This document shows positions 21,514 through 33,239 of a stretch of DNA of 64,000 nt, piece after piece. The translations under genes and the position numbers were made by a program. This DNA is from Octopus vulgaris (taxonomy: Eukaryota), in the NCBI GenBank assembly GCA_951406725.2, contig OX597817.1, positions 47,678,001-47,742,000 of the forward strand, read 5' to 3'. The first letter of the stretch is position 1; each line of letters opens with the position of its first letter. A model generated the notes under the pieces. That model was not told the DNA's origin and ran no database searches. It saw nothing but the letters and a program-made list of their open reading frames with translations.

Positions 21514-23836
21514 GTTTATAATATATATACACACATTTATATATTTTTAAACTATTACGAAAAGTGAGGTGAAAGCAACAGTTGCCATCCCGTGTAAATA
21601 TCGCTTTTCGGCATCTTCTCAGAATTCGAAGAGACGGGTCATTATGATTAAAAACAAAATGAATAAAGGGAAACAACTAAAGTGAACCATTGGCATAAAC
21701 TTGGATAAATAATTTAAAGCTTGAGAAAACAAAAAGCTAACAAGTCAGCTGTGAAGCCTGCTTCGATCGAGTTTTTGGCATAATTACAGTTATGTACCCC
21801 CACTCGGACTTTTTGTCATAGCTTTCCAAAAAATGGATATTTTTTAATGAAATTTTCCAGGAATGTATTATAGATGTAGATTAGGTTTATAACCGAATTT
21901 GTTGTGGAAAATGTGCCTTTATGCACTCGCATATTAAATTTTTGGTGCGTTAGTTAAGGCTTATTTAGCTGTTATTTTTAGCAAATTTCACGACCACCTC
22001 GTACCCTCCTCGTTTGTTTGTCGGTCTGACGTATAGATGTTTTTCACTATCTTTCTCTCCATAAATACATTTCATGGTTATAGCTGGGATTTGAGCCAGA
22101 TTAAACTGTGATATTCGAAAAAAAAAAAAACATTTTTTTATTCGAAAAAAGTTTTTTGTTTTTTTTTTTATTTAGAAAAATTTAAAAACTTTTTTTACAT
22201 AATCGTGTGTGAATTCCCGTGTGTAGAAGAATGCAAATTCGCAGAAACTTTCTTAAAATTCCAAACAATAAAGAAGTTATGAGGAGTTATAATGGCGTGC
22301 TAGAAGCAGAATTCCGCTTTGAATGATGTGAGACTAAGGGAAACCTTTATGTAGTTACTTGGCTTAATAGAAGTAGCAGCCAAATTTCTAAACCTCTTCC
22401 GATTGTTTAAAAAAAAAAAGAGCATAGCTAAAGATATGTGCCCCGCCACTGACTTTCTTTCCTCATAACTTTCTGAAAAATAGATAATTTTTAATGAATT
22501 TTTTTTTTAAATAGGTGTGGGAATTTCATGTAAGAAAAAACGCAATTGGGGATGGAGTTGGATAATTTCTACATCTCGACTTTGTTTCCTCATACATTCT
22601 GATGAGGTGTGTGAATTCTCCGACCCCCACCTCCTACTATTTATTTTTCTCACATCAAATTCCAATATAATTGTAATCTATACCACCTGAAATGTGTTTC
22701 AGGCATTACACTGCAGACATGCTGGAGCACCACCAAGCGAATCTGCCTAGTACTTACTCTGTCAGTCTCTTTTGCCCAACCGCTAATTTACTCTGACGTA
22801 AACACATCAACACCAGTTGTCAAGTAGTGATGGGAGTTGGAGAGACACACATGTGACGGTCTTCTTTCAGTTTCTGCCTGCCAAATCCATTCACAAGGCT
22901 TTGGTCAGACTGAGGCCATAATAGAAGACACTTGCCCAAGGTGCCACACATCCCAGAGTTGAAAATTTCATTTAAGAAATATCCATTTTTCTGAAAGCTA
23001 TGACGAAACAATGTCCAGGAGTGGAGTTCACATGTATAGTTATTTTGAGATTTTAAATGTATGATCTGGTAATCTTCAATTCATTGCACTGTCTTGCTCA
23101 TCAGAGAAGAGCTTTAACCCAAACTCAATGTATATGTGTGTGAATATAATAGAAAATATTGATTTGAAGGCTCAAACTCGCATGGAGCAATCTAGCTGGA
23201 TATCTTGCAGTCAGGACACATCAATTAAATTTAGGATGTAATTTAACATGGCTACACACCTGAAAATCCAAGAAACACTTCCTTATCTGGAAGAGAAAGG
23301 GGATGGTGGTGAAGATGTGTCAGGGCATACCCTGCAATTAAAATTCAGAAGTGAGAAGCAAATAAGATATAACTGTTTGGTTACAGCTGTTTCATAATTC
23401 ACTTTCAGTTACATCATTAACTCTTGATTTGAAGGTGCATACACATTATATACATATATAACAGTTGTATAGTTACATAATGATTCACCAAAGAGAAGTA
23501 TTCTTCAGACCAGTTTCTGGACATTTCCAGTTTGTTTCTAATGTGCCAGATAAAATCAGCCCATTTTATACTTGCTTGGCAAATGGGGGGTAAAAACATA
23601 AAAAGGAAACCATCTTTGCATGTTTATTTGTAAACAAGACAAGTACTTAATACAGGTTCTTAAGTTTGTTTATTTACTCCATCAAAATTGATGATTTATT
23701 AAATGCATTCTTACAGTAAACTTGGAATTATTATGAATTTACTGCAGATACACATTCCTTCAGACACCTGAAAGAATGCGTAGAGGCAGGAATATCAGAA
23801 AAGTGACTCACTGGTTTGATCTGCTTTCCCAGGAAA

Positions 23837-23968
23837 ATGTCGAGTTGGGATGAGTTACACTCTGCATTTGGTGCAGATGAAACTATAAACTTTGGACCCC
23901 GTTATGAGACTGGTACTGCTCTGTACCAAGTTAATACATTTGCGACACTATCATCCGGCAGCAATGAG
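23837..23968 (+). CDS. KNTC1: KNTC1 coding exon 1
   Basis: tttcccag|gaaaATG (the acceptor implies an upstream UTR exon); MSSWDELHSAFGADETINFGPRYETGTALYQVNTFATLSSGSNE|gtaaga. Confidence 0.93.
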
Positions 23969-25807
23969 GTAAGATCCTTTTTTTTCTTTTTCTCTTTATT
24001 AGCTTGCTACCCTTTTATGTATAATGTATTTATTTTTTCTGCCAAGGTCGACTTTGACTTTCATCCTTTCGGGGTTGATATATTAAGTACCAGTTGCATA
24101 CTGGGGTAAATCTAATCGACTGGCTCCCTCTCCCAAAATTTCGGGCCTTCTGCCTAGAGTAGAAAAGAATCATTATCATTTAACATCCGTTTTCCATGCT
24201 GGTATGGGTTGGATGGTTTGACAGAGTCTGACAAACGAGGAGGCTGCACCAGGCTCCATTTTGATCTGGCAATGTTTTTACAGCTGGATGCCCTTCCTAA
24301 TGCTGGCCATTCTGAGAGTGTAGTGGGTGCTCTTTACGTGTCACTGACACAGGAGCCAGTCAGGCGGCACTGGCATCAGCCACGTTCAGATGGCGCTTTT
24401 TACGTGCTATCGGCATAGGGGCCAGTCGGAGAGGGGCGCATCGACCAAGGTTCAGATGGTGCTTTTTACATGCCACCAGCACAGGGAACCCATGCATGAA
24501 TGGTGCTTATTGCATGCCACCAGCACGGGAGCTAGTCATGCAGCACTGGTATCGGCCACAACTACAAAATATATTTATTTTTTCCTCTTTGTCTTTCTCT
24601 CCTTTCCTCCTTCACTTTATTTCTTTCATTTTCATCTCACCTCCACCTGTTTTGGTATCGTGTAGAAAAGCACCAGTGCCACATAGAACAGCACCCATGC
24701 TGGTGTCATGTAATAAGAACCCATGACAGTACCACGTAATAGTACCCATGCCGGTGCCACGTAAAAAGTCGAGGGATTACTGGATATCTAAAACACATGC
24801 ACAGGCAACCTATAAACACAGCAGTCACAGAATAGATTAACTATACATAAGCAAAAAGCATACATCATCATCATTGTTTAGTGTCCACCTTCCATGCTTG
24901 AAACAAACGCCAGCATAAAAACATTTATATACACATGCCCATATGAAACGATAACTACACCTTTTGAATCTCCCATGAAAATTTAACTAGCTAACTTCTG
25001 GTTCAAAGTAGTTTAGTATTTATTGTTTTTTAAACATTTTGGTTCAATAGACTAACAGTGGACCAGTAAAATTGGTCCCCCATTTAGTATTTATTGCTTT
25101 ACTATTTTTTATCTTTACATATATCTTAACCCATTTGTTACTGTATTTATTTTGAAATGCTCTCTGTTTCTTTCAATTACTTTAAATATAACAAAGAATT
25201 TAGTAAAATAACTTAGTTATCATTCAGCTTAGTGTTAGGAACATAAATTGTGACTAAGGTTTGGAAGATTTTAATTCAAATCTTAAGAAAAGAAAGATAT
25301 TTGTACTGCAGAGCCAGAGGTGGTTTCAGCTAGGTTGGTATCGGAATGGTTAAGAATTGTTTCTCTATTATATATTTTAACCCTTTTGTTACCATATTTA
25401 TTTTGAGATGCTCTGTGTTTCTTACAATTAATTTTAAATATAACAATAGTGTTAGGAACATAAATTGTGACTAAGGTTTGGTGAAAGATTTTAATTCAAA
25501 TCTTATGAAAACAAGACATTTGTACTCAGAGCCAGAGCCAGTTTCAGCCGGATTGGTAATGAAAAGGTTAAATAAATAATTGAAATTTTTCCCCTGTTTT
25601 TGCCCCCATCCCAAAAATAACCTTTAAGTTAAACAAGATGCCCTATGCTGAATTGTTGCATCACGGGTCTACCCAACGGTATAATAGTAGACACTTGCCC
25701 AAAGTGCTACACTGTGGGACTGAACCCAGAACCATGTAGTTGGGAAGCAGGCTTCTTTCCACACAGCCACATCTGAGCTTACAAGCATTTTCTATTTTCT
25801 TCTTCAG

Positions 25808-25925
25808 GATAGTGAATCATATCCTCACGTGGTGTCTGAAGAGTTGGGTGATTTATTTTGTGTTGTTGTCAACCACAATTTGTTTTTCTTTGTGGACTGC
25901 CAGTTTACGATGTCTCTGAAGTTTG
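25808..25925 (+). CDS. KNTC1: KNTC1 coding exon 2
   Basis: ttcag|DSESYPHVVSEELGDLFCVVVNHNLFFFVDCQFTMSLKF G|gtaagt; phase 1. Confidence 0.9.
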
Positions 25926-27254
25926 GTAAGTGTCTTTGATCTTTTTATTACTGTCTGTCTGCATCTGTGAAAATGGTGTTCATCATCATCATCGTTTAAC
26001 ATCTGTTTTCCGTGCTAGCATGGGTTGGACAGTTCGACTGGGGTCTTGGAAGCCAGGAGGCTACACCAGGCTCCAGTCTGATCCGGCAGTGTTTCTACAG
26101 CTGGATGCCCTTCCTAACGCCAAGCACTCTGTGAGTGTAGTAGGTGCTTTTTGCGTGCCAGGGGAGGCTGGCAGCGGCCACGATCGGTTGGTGCTTTTTT
26201 AGGTGCCACCGACACAGAAGCCAGTCAAGGCAGCGCTGGCATCAGCCACGTTCGGATAGTGCTTTTTACAGGCCACCAGCACAGGTATCACAACTACAAT
26301 TTCCATTTGATATTTATTTTGATGTTGATGTACTTGACTCATTACTATAAAACCGTGGATGCAAGTTGCTTAGTTGTTAGAGGTGTTGTCCCCGACCTCA
26401 AAATATCAGGCCTTATACCTATAATAGAAAGGATTATTATTATTAAGGTGGTGAGCTGACAGAATCATTAGCACGCTGGACAAAATGCCTAGTGGTTATT
26501 CACCTGTTGCTACATTCAGAGTTCAAATTCCCACAAAGGTCAACTTTGCCCTTACATCCTTTCATGGTTGATGGAATAAATACTAGTGGAGCTAGTAGTC
26601 AGTGTTATTGACTATCCCCCTTCTGCAAAATTTCAGACCTTGAGCCTGAAGATGGAATAATTATTATTATACCCAACAGGTGCAGGAGTAGCTGTGTGGT
26701 AAGTAGCTTTGCTAACCTCTGAACTGTTCGGACGTGTTATTTTGCTGCTCCAGATGCCACGTTGTTTCAACGTGAATTGTTGAACTTTCGACTCGATTGC
26801 AGGTAGGCATTTTGTATTTTTGCGAGCGAAGTGAAGTTTTATTACTTGCATTAATGTTTTTTAGCATTAAATAATTTTTTAGCAGATAATAAAGCTCCAC
26901 TTTGCTCCGGATATAGTTTTTCTGCCTGTTGTCGAGTGTAAAGAAAATTGTCTACAAAAATTATTTTTGAAATTGTCGTGTTATCCACGGGATTTACCAA
27001 GGTGTTTTACCAACAGTGTATTTGGCCTAGAATACAATTTTTGGCCGAAAAAGTGAACAAAAAAAAAAGAAGAAAAATTAATTCCTTTGTCTGAATTTGA
27101 ACTCTCTTTCTCCGTCTATCATTCATTTGTAAAAAAAAAAGAACTTTTTTTGAACTGCCATTTTAATTTTATTTCTTCCCTTCTGTTGCTTTTTTTCATT
27201 CTCCTTTCTGTGTCTAATTTATTTTGTAACATTTTGAACTGTCTTTCTTAAGTT

Positions 27255-28037
27255 ATGGCAAGGAATTTCACTGTGTGGGAATTGACACCTCCCAAAAAGT
27301 ACTTAAAGGAGCTCGAGGACAGAACCGTGGTGTTGAGGACATATTCGAGGTCGCTCAATACCATAATGGTTTTCCCGAAAGCCACCATTATGAACGAGCT
27401 GGCAGACTATATGCCAGCCGTTAAACATATTCAACGGGGAGTCAAATACGCAACGATTTGGTTGCTGTTTGACTCCCCTAAAGCAGCTTGCGGTTTCGCG
27501 AGTAAGCCCATTGAGGGCGAAGAGATTCTGTTTCTCCCAAGCTATAAGGGGGAAAAATTGATACGATTATGGGTCTGCGGCCTGCCGCCCGGCTTTGAGC
27601 CCAAGTGGGTGGAAGATTCCATCCGCCGGGGTCTGAGTGGTGGTAGCGCCAAGATCCTGAACGTGAGAATGCAGCCTGTGACTGACTGGGAAGGGGCAAA
27701 GGCTACTTTGACTCTGTGGACCCAGTCGGCCAAGAGTCTGGTTTTGCCGGACTTCCTGAAGATGGCCGGGTCCAAGTATCCGGTGATGCTTGAGGGACGC
27801 GCCCCCAAGTGTCACCTGTGTTCGGAGACCGGCCACATTAAGAAAAACTGCCCCATGAACCAGAGTAGGATCCTGGAGAAGTTAATATCAGAGCCTCTCC
27901 CTGCCCCACCAATGGAGGGAGAGAAACAAAGTGAGGAGGGGGAAAAATCCTCCTCCAAAAGAAAAAGAGTGGGGAGCAATGGCGACCCACCAAAGGAACC
28001 GGAGGCTGCGGAAGAAAAGAGGACCCGGTGCGTATAG
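27255..28037 (+). CDS. Tx1/L1-type ORF1 (RRM-like plus CCHC zinc knuckle), N-terminal part
   Basis: IRLWVCGLPPGFEPKWV...LPDFLKMAGSKYPVMLEGRAPKCHLCSETGHIKKNCP (CX2CX4HX4C). Confidence 0.85.
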   Translation: MARNFTVWELTPPKKYLKELEDRTVVLRTYSRSLNTIMVFPKATIMNELADYMPAVKHIQRGVKYATIWLLFDSPKAACGFASKPIEGEEILFLPSYKGEKLIRLWVCGLPPGFEPKWVEDSIRRGLSGGSAKILNVRMQPVTDWEGAKATLTLWTQSAKSLVLPDFLKMAGSKYPVMLEGRAPKCHLCSETGHIKKNCPMNQSRILEKLISEPLPAPPMEGEKQSEEGEKSSSKRKRVGSNGDPPKEPEAAEEKRTRCV

Positions 28038-28429
28038 CACCGGAACCTCAACCTCCCGAGGCCCAGCGTAAAAAGAAAAAGAGGAACGGGACGCCACCAG
28101 CGGACTGTAACACCCAGATGGCGTCTCCCATGTGTCCTCCGGCGGTTGTGATGCCGGAGAAATTTTATGTAGTCCTCTTCCATAAAGGAGGCACTGTAGA
28201 AAATGAAATACGTAAGAGGAGGAAGAGAAACCAATGGGAGGGACTTCGGTCCTGCATGGAGTATCCCGAGTGGCCTTCGCAGCTGGCTGCGGAGGTCCTA
28301 CTCGAAAATATGTGCAGGATCGAGAATTCTTTCCCGGAGGATCTCTTGCAAGTCATACCTGTATGCGGAAGCCTGACGATGGACGATTGCGTCATTAAAG
28401 CAAGAGAGTTCATCGGTCGGGTAACGTAA
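28028..28429 (+). CDS. Probable frameshifted C-terminal continuation of ORF1
   Basis: Overlapping -1 frame with similar GC content; adding one A in GAAGAAAAGAGG (~28011-22) joins EPEAAEE-KEDPVRIAPEPQPP. Confidence 0.6.
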   Translation: MRIAPEPQPPEAQRKKKKRNGTPPADCNTQMASPMCPPAVVMPEKFYVVLFHKGGTVENEIRKRRKRNQWEGLRSCMEYPEWPSQLAAEVLLENMCRIENSFPEDLLQVIPVCGSLTMDDCVIKAREFIGRVT

Positions 28430-28501
28430 AATTGTAATTGTGTTACATTGTGACAGAGGTTTATTGCCTCTGAAGAGACTTTTAAAAGTGTAAATTGTAA
28501 A

Positions 28502-28597
28502 TTGAAATTTTTGTAAAAGTTTTTGAATTTTTGTAAAAGTTTTTGAATTTTTGTAAAAGTTTTTGAATTTTTGTAAAAGTGTTTGAAATTTTGTAAA
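28502..28597. repeat. 20-bp tandem repeat (TTGTAAAAGTTTTTGAATTT, ~4.5 copies) in the element 3'UTR
   Basis: Direct reading. Confidence 0.9.
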
Positions 28598-30755
28598 TTA
28601 TTGAAAAAAAGAACATTGTTTTAGAGAAGCAAAAGTCGGCAGGCGCTTTCTGACTTCTCCCATCACCATCTTCATCAACCACCACCATCATCCATTAATG
28701 TCCTTGTCCAGCCCGCAGCTACTCTGTGTGCTGCCCTAGTGGCAAATTATTAAAATAAAGTAGCTTGCTAACCAACCACATGGTTCCAGGTTCAGTCCCA
28801 CTGCGTGGCATCTTGGGCAAGTGTCTTCTGCTATAGCCCCGGGCCGACCAATGCCTTGTGAGTGGATTTGGTAGACGGAAACTGAAAGAAGCCTGTCGTA
28901 TATATGTGTATATATATGTGTGTATGTATGTGTTTGTGTGTCTGTGTTTGTCTTCCTAGCATTGCTTGACAACCGATGCTGGTGTGTTTACGTCCCCGTC
29001 ACTTAGCGATTCGGCAAAAGAGACTGATAAAATAAGTACTGGGCTTACAAAGAATAAGTCCCGGGGTCGATTTGCTCGACTAAAGGCGGTGCTCCAGCAT
29101 GGCCACAGTCAAATGACTGAAACAAGTAAAAGAGAGTAACAATCTCTTTATTTCCTACCATGATTCAAAATATCACCTACTTCCACCGCACAGAACTTTA
29201 CTGTCACTCTGTCCTCATCATCAGTATGTTTCCAAAGGTAAAGAGGCAATCCTTATACTCTTTCAGGCTGGTGGGGCTGATGCTGTTAGTGTTCAGTCTG
29301 AAGCTTTGCTGGTCATTGTCTGTAGTGAGAACAGGGACAGTGATGAGATGAGATTTGTACAGTTGTGATGTGATGAGATTCGTGCAGTGGTGGGGAAAAG
29401 ATGAGATAAACTGTTTAGTATCTGATGAGTTAATAACAGCAGGAATTACGAATATAAGGGAAACGGCTCCTTTGGGTGAGAACAGCAGTACACGACCTGC
29501 TATTACAGAAAAGTGAAAACTGTCATAATAGGTGTTGATCATCTGATTCTATTATTGATTAAGACGGCAATCTGCCAGAAAGGTGGAGAGCTTGCAGAAT
29601 CGTTAGTGCACTGGGCAAAATGCTTGGTGGTATTTTGTCTGCCATTACGTTCTGAGTTCAAATTCCGCCGAGGTCGACTTTGCCTTTCATCCTTTTGGAG
29701 TCAGTAAATTAAGTACCAGTTGCGCACTGGGGTCGATGTAATTAACTTAATCCCTTTGTCTGTCCTTCTTGGTCCCCTCTGTTTAGTCCCTTGTGGGCAA
29801 TAAAGAAGTAAGTATTGTTTCCATGCTGGGTAACATGCTTAGAAGCATTTTGTCTGTCTTTACATTGTGAGTTCAAATTCTACCAGTTGACTTTGCCTTC
29901 CATCTTTCTGGGGTCGATGAAGTGAGGTCAATGTAATCGACTTAACCACTCCCTTAAAATTGCTGGCCTTGTGCCAAAATTTGAAATCGGTATACTATAA
30001 TTGATTAAGATAGTGAGCTACCAGCTTTGTTACCATGAAGGACTCAGTGCTTAGCAGTGTTTCGTCTGTCTTTACACTGTGAGTTCAAATTTCGCCAAGA
30101 TCATCTTTGCCTTCCACCCTTTTGGGGGCTTGATAAAATAGGCACCAGATGAACACTGGGGTCAATGCTGGTCCTGTACTGAAATTTCAAACGTTTATGT
30201 TCTGAGTTCAAATTCCTCTGAGGTTGACTTTACTTTTCATCCTCTCAGGGTTGATAAAATAAGTACCAGTTGAGCACTGGGCCATATGTTGCCCACAAGT
30301 TTGCTGATGACATCATCATCATCAATTAATGTCCGCTTTCCATACTGGCATGGGTTGGACGGTTTGACTGAGGGCTGGCAAACCAGATGGCTGCACCAGG
30401 CTCCAATCCGATCTGGCAATGTTTCTGCAGCTGGATGCCCTTCCTAAAGCCAACCATTCTGCAAGTGTAGTGGGTGCTTTTTACACGCCACCAGCTTGAG
30501 AGCCAGTCAGGCAGTACTGGCATCAGTTACACTTGAATGGTGCTTTTTACGTGCCACCAGCACTGGCAATGCTAAAATTTGTTCTGCTTTTGATTCCTGG
30601 TAAACAAGATAAAATCCATACCAGGCTTCTTCTATTGATAGTCTATTAAACAAACTTAAGAATTATCACACAATTATGAAGCAAACTTCTTAATCATACA
30701 AACATACTGATTATATATTTCAAACTATTTTGTTTCTCTCTTTTTCTCTTTCCAG

Positions 30756-30871
30756 ACGTCTTCATTGATGCTTTGAGATATTGTCCCGATGGTTCTTTTC
30801 TGATTGTTGGGGACAAAAAAGGTATTATCTACATTGTCAACACAGACAACTCGGAGATCGTCTTTACATTT
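30756..30871 (+). CDS. KNTC1: KNTC1 coding exon 3
   Basis: tccag|(D)VFIDALRYCPDGSFLIVGDKKGYIYIVNTDNSEIVFTF|gtaagc; beta-propeller-like. Confidence 0.93.
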
Positions 30872-31758
30872 GTAAGCATTCAGTTTCCAGTATCTATAAT
30901 TTTAAAAGGCCACACCTCTAATTGACCCTAATGCGCAGAAAAAATTTTTGCACAGTATTACAGAAGTTAGCTGTTGTTTTCTTCTCATTAGACGGAAAGG
31001 ACAGGCCCTCCCAGACTGGTAGGAAAGAACAAACTTTTCCACAGAGCAGAGGAAACTAGAAATCAAACATCATCATCGTTTAACGTCCGTTCTCCATGCT
31101 AGCATGGGTTGGACGGTTCGACCGGGGATCTGGGAAGCCAGGAGGCTGCACCAGGCTCCAGTCTGATCTGGCAGTGTTTCTACAGCTGGATTCCCTTCCT
31201 AATGCCAACCACTCTGAGTGTAGTGGGTGCTTTTTACGTGCCACCAGCACAGGTGCCAGGCGAGGCTGGCAATGACCACGATCGGATTGGTGCTTTTTAC
31301 GTGCCACTGGCACAGAAGCCAGTCAAAGCAGCGCTGGCATCAGCCACGTTCGGATGGTGCTTTTTACGTGCTACCGGCCCAGGGATCACAACTACAGTTT
31401 CCATTGATTTTGATGTACTTGACTCAATAGATCTCCTCAAGCACAGGGTCGAAACAGTTGCTAAAACTACATATGGCTCAAGTAGTTGGGTTGAAGTAAA
31501 TGACAGATAAAGTCTACCATTCCAGAACAGAAACAACCCAAATATCAGGCCTCCACTTAGTTTTCCTTTACCTAAATTCCATTCAGAAATCTTTAGCTGA
31601 TTCAAAGCTATAGTAGCCCTAAGTCCCTTACAGTAAACCAGAAACATGCCATTACTGACTAAACTTTTTGTCTATGCTGCTGCATCTGCACTCATGCCCT
31701 GGGCAGACCTAGTCAAACTGACCTAAGATCAAAAGCAATCCAACCATGACTGTCTCAT

Positions 31759-32094
31759 ATAGTAGATTAAATCAACTCCATTTCCTGACTGGAACTATGT
31801 ACTGGTATTTCTTGATTGGTAGACATGGACATCTACCATAAGATGGTTGGTTATGAATATGCTAGCTATTCAACCAGGTAGAAATAACAAGACCTCACCT
31901 CAAATTACAGCAAACAACTTTAAAAAAAAAAACAGAAAATGCATTTCTGTTTTTTTTTTTTTTTTTTTTTTAGTTGTTTGCTGTAATTTGAGGTGAGGTC
32001 TTGTCGTTATTTCTACCTGGTTGAATAGTTAGCATATTCATAACCAACCAGTACACAGTTCCAGTCAGGAAATGGAGTTGATTTAATCTACTAT
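31759..32094. repeat. Long near-perfect palindrome (inverted duplication)
   Basis: Arms ATAGTAGATTAAATCAACTCC.../...GGAGTTGATTTAATCTACTAT meet at CAGAAAATGCATTTCTG. Confidence 0.92.
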
Positions 32095-33169
32095 CCCCCA
32101 TGTACTTTCTGCATCAGACTCCCATTTTTGATGAAGCTCCCAATGTAAAACTTTTTCAACCTGATCTTGTCTCTCTTTCTTATATTATTATTTTTATGTC
32201 ATCATCATCATCATCATCATTTAACGTCCGTTTTCCATACTAGCATGTGTTGGACAGTTTGAGTGAGGGCTGGCGAACCAGATGGCTGCACCAGGCTCCA
32301 GTCTTGATCTGGCAGAGTTTCTACAGCTGGATGCCCTTCCTAACGCCAACCACTCCGAGAGTGTAGTGGGTGCTTTTTACGTGCCACCTGCACGGGGGCC
32401 AGTCAGGTGGTACTGGCAATGACCTCGCTCGAATCTTTTTTACACGTGCCACCGACACAGGTGCCAGTGAAGCGACGTGATGAGCTGGCAGAATCATTAG
32501 CTTGCTTCCCAGCATTTCATTTGTCTTTACATTCTGAGTTCAAATTCCACTGAGGTCAATTTACCCCTCATCCTTTCAGGTCAGTTAGATAAATACCAAT
32601 CAAACACTTTGATTGATTTAATTGATTAGCCACCTCCCCTGAAATTCCAGGGCCTTGTGCATACTGTAGAAATGATTATTATTTTAAATGTTGGCAGAGT
32701 GGTTAGAGTGTCACACAGAATACTTCGTGCTGTTCTGATTATCTGCCTACTGAGTTCAAACCCTGCTGAGGTCCATATGACCTCTCTTTCCAGTGTTGAT
32801 GTTGTGAAGATCACAAGCTTCTAAGTCTGTCCAATAGAAATTGCTGGCATGCAAATCTGCCGAATAGAATCGAATGGAAAGCTGTAGAGCTCTCTAGGAT
32901 GTTCTAATGGCTTACTGCTATAGAAGCATTGTTGTTAGAGGGGCATTTCTCCTTTTGCATCTGTTCTTTTCTTGTTATACACTGTTTGAGAGACAGAAGT
33001 ACCACTGTGTTCGTCTTTGCGAGTAAACAAGAGAAGTACAGCAGTTAATAAAATAGTGTACTGGTTAAGTTTGGTGGGGTGTGGCAGTTTATTTGACTAA
33101 CCCTCCCCAAAGAAATTTTTGCTATTGTGAAATTGTCTGAAACAATTGTTATTGCTATTTTTCTTCCAG

Positions 33170-33239
33170 AACCTTCTAGCTGGTAAGAAGATATCTGGAG
33201 ATCATGCTTTTAGAAAAATAATAGTAAAAGAAAATACAG
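33170..33239 (+). CDS. KNTC1: KNTC1 coding exon 4
   Basis: tccag|NLLAGKKISGDHAFRKIIVKENT|gtgagt. Confidence 0.88.

Larger units (their letters stand above)
26718..28757 (+). mobile_element. ORF1-only (non-autonomous) Tx1/L1-like non-LTR retrotransposon inserted in a family B SINE
   Basis: TSD AAGTAGCT(T)TGCTAACC at 26701-17 and 28758-73; host SINE resumes after the TSD; no EN or RT sequence; A-rich end. Confidence 0.85.

Noticed and set aside
23378-23423. Further hammerhead-like motif on the minus strand (GAAACAGCTGTA)
   Set aside because: The CTGATGA box is broken (ATGATGT) and helix II is poor; at most a decayed relic. The similar half-motif near 51760 lacks the 5' core.
29204-29542. 112-aa minus-strand ORF with faint LINE C-terminal resemblance (SSFPHH)
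   Set aside because: Too degenerate to assign without a search.
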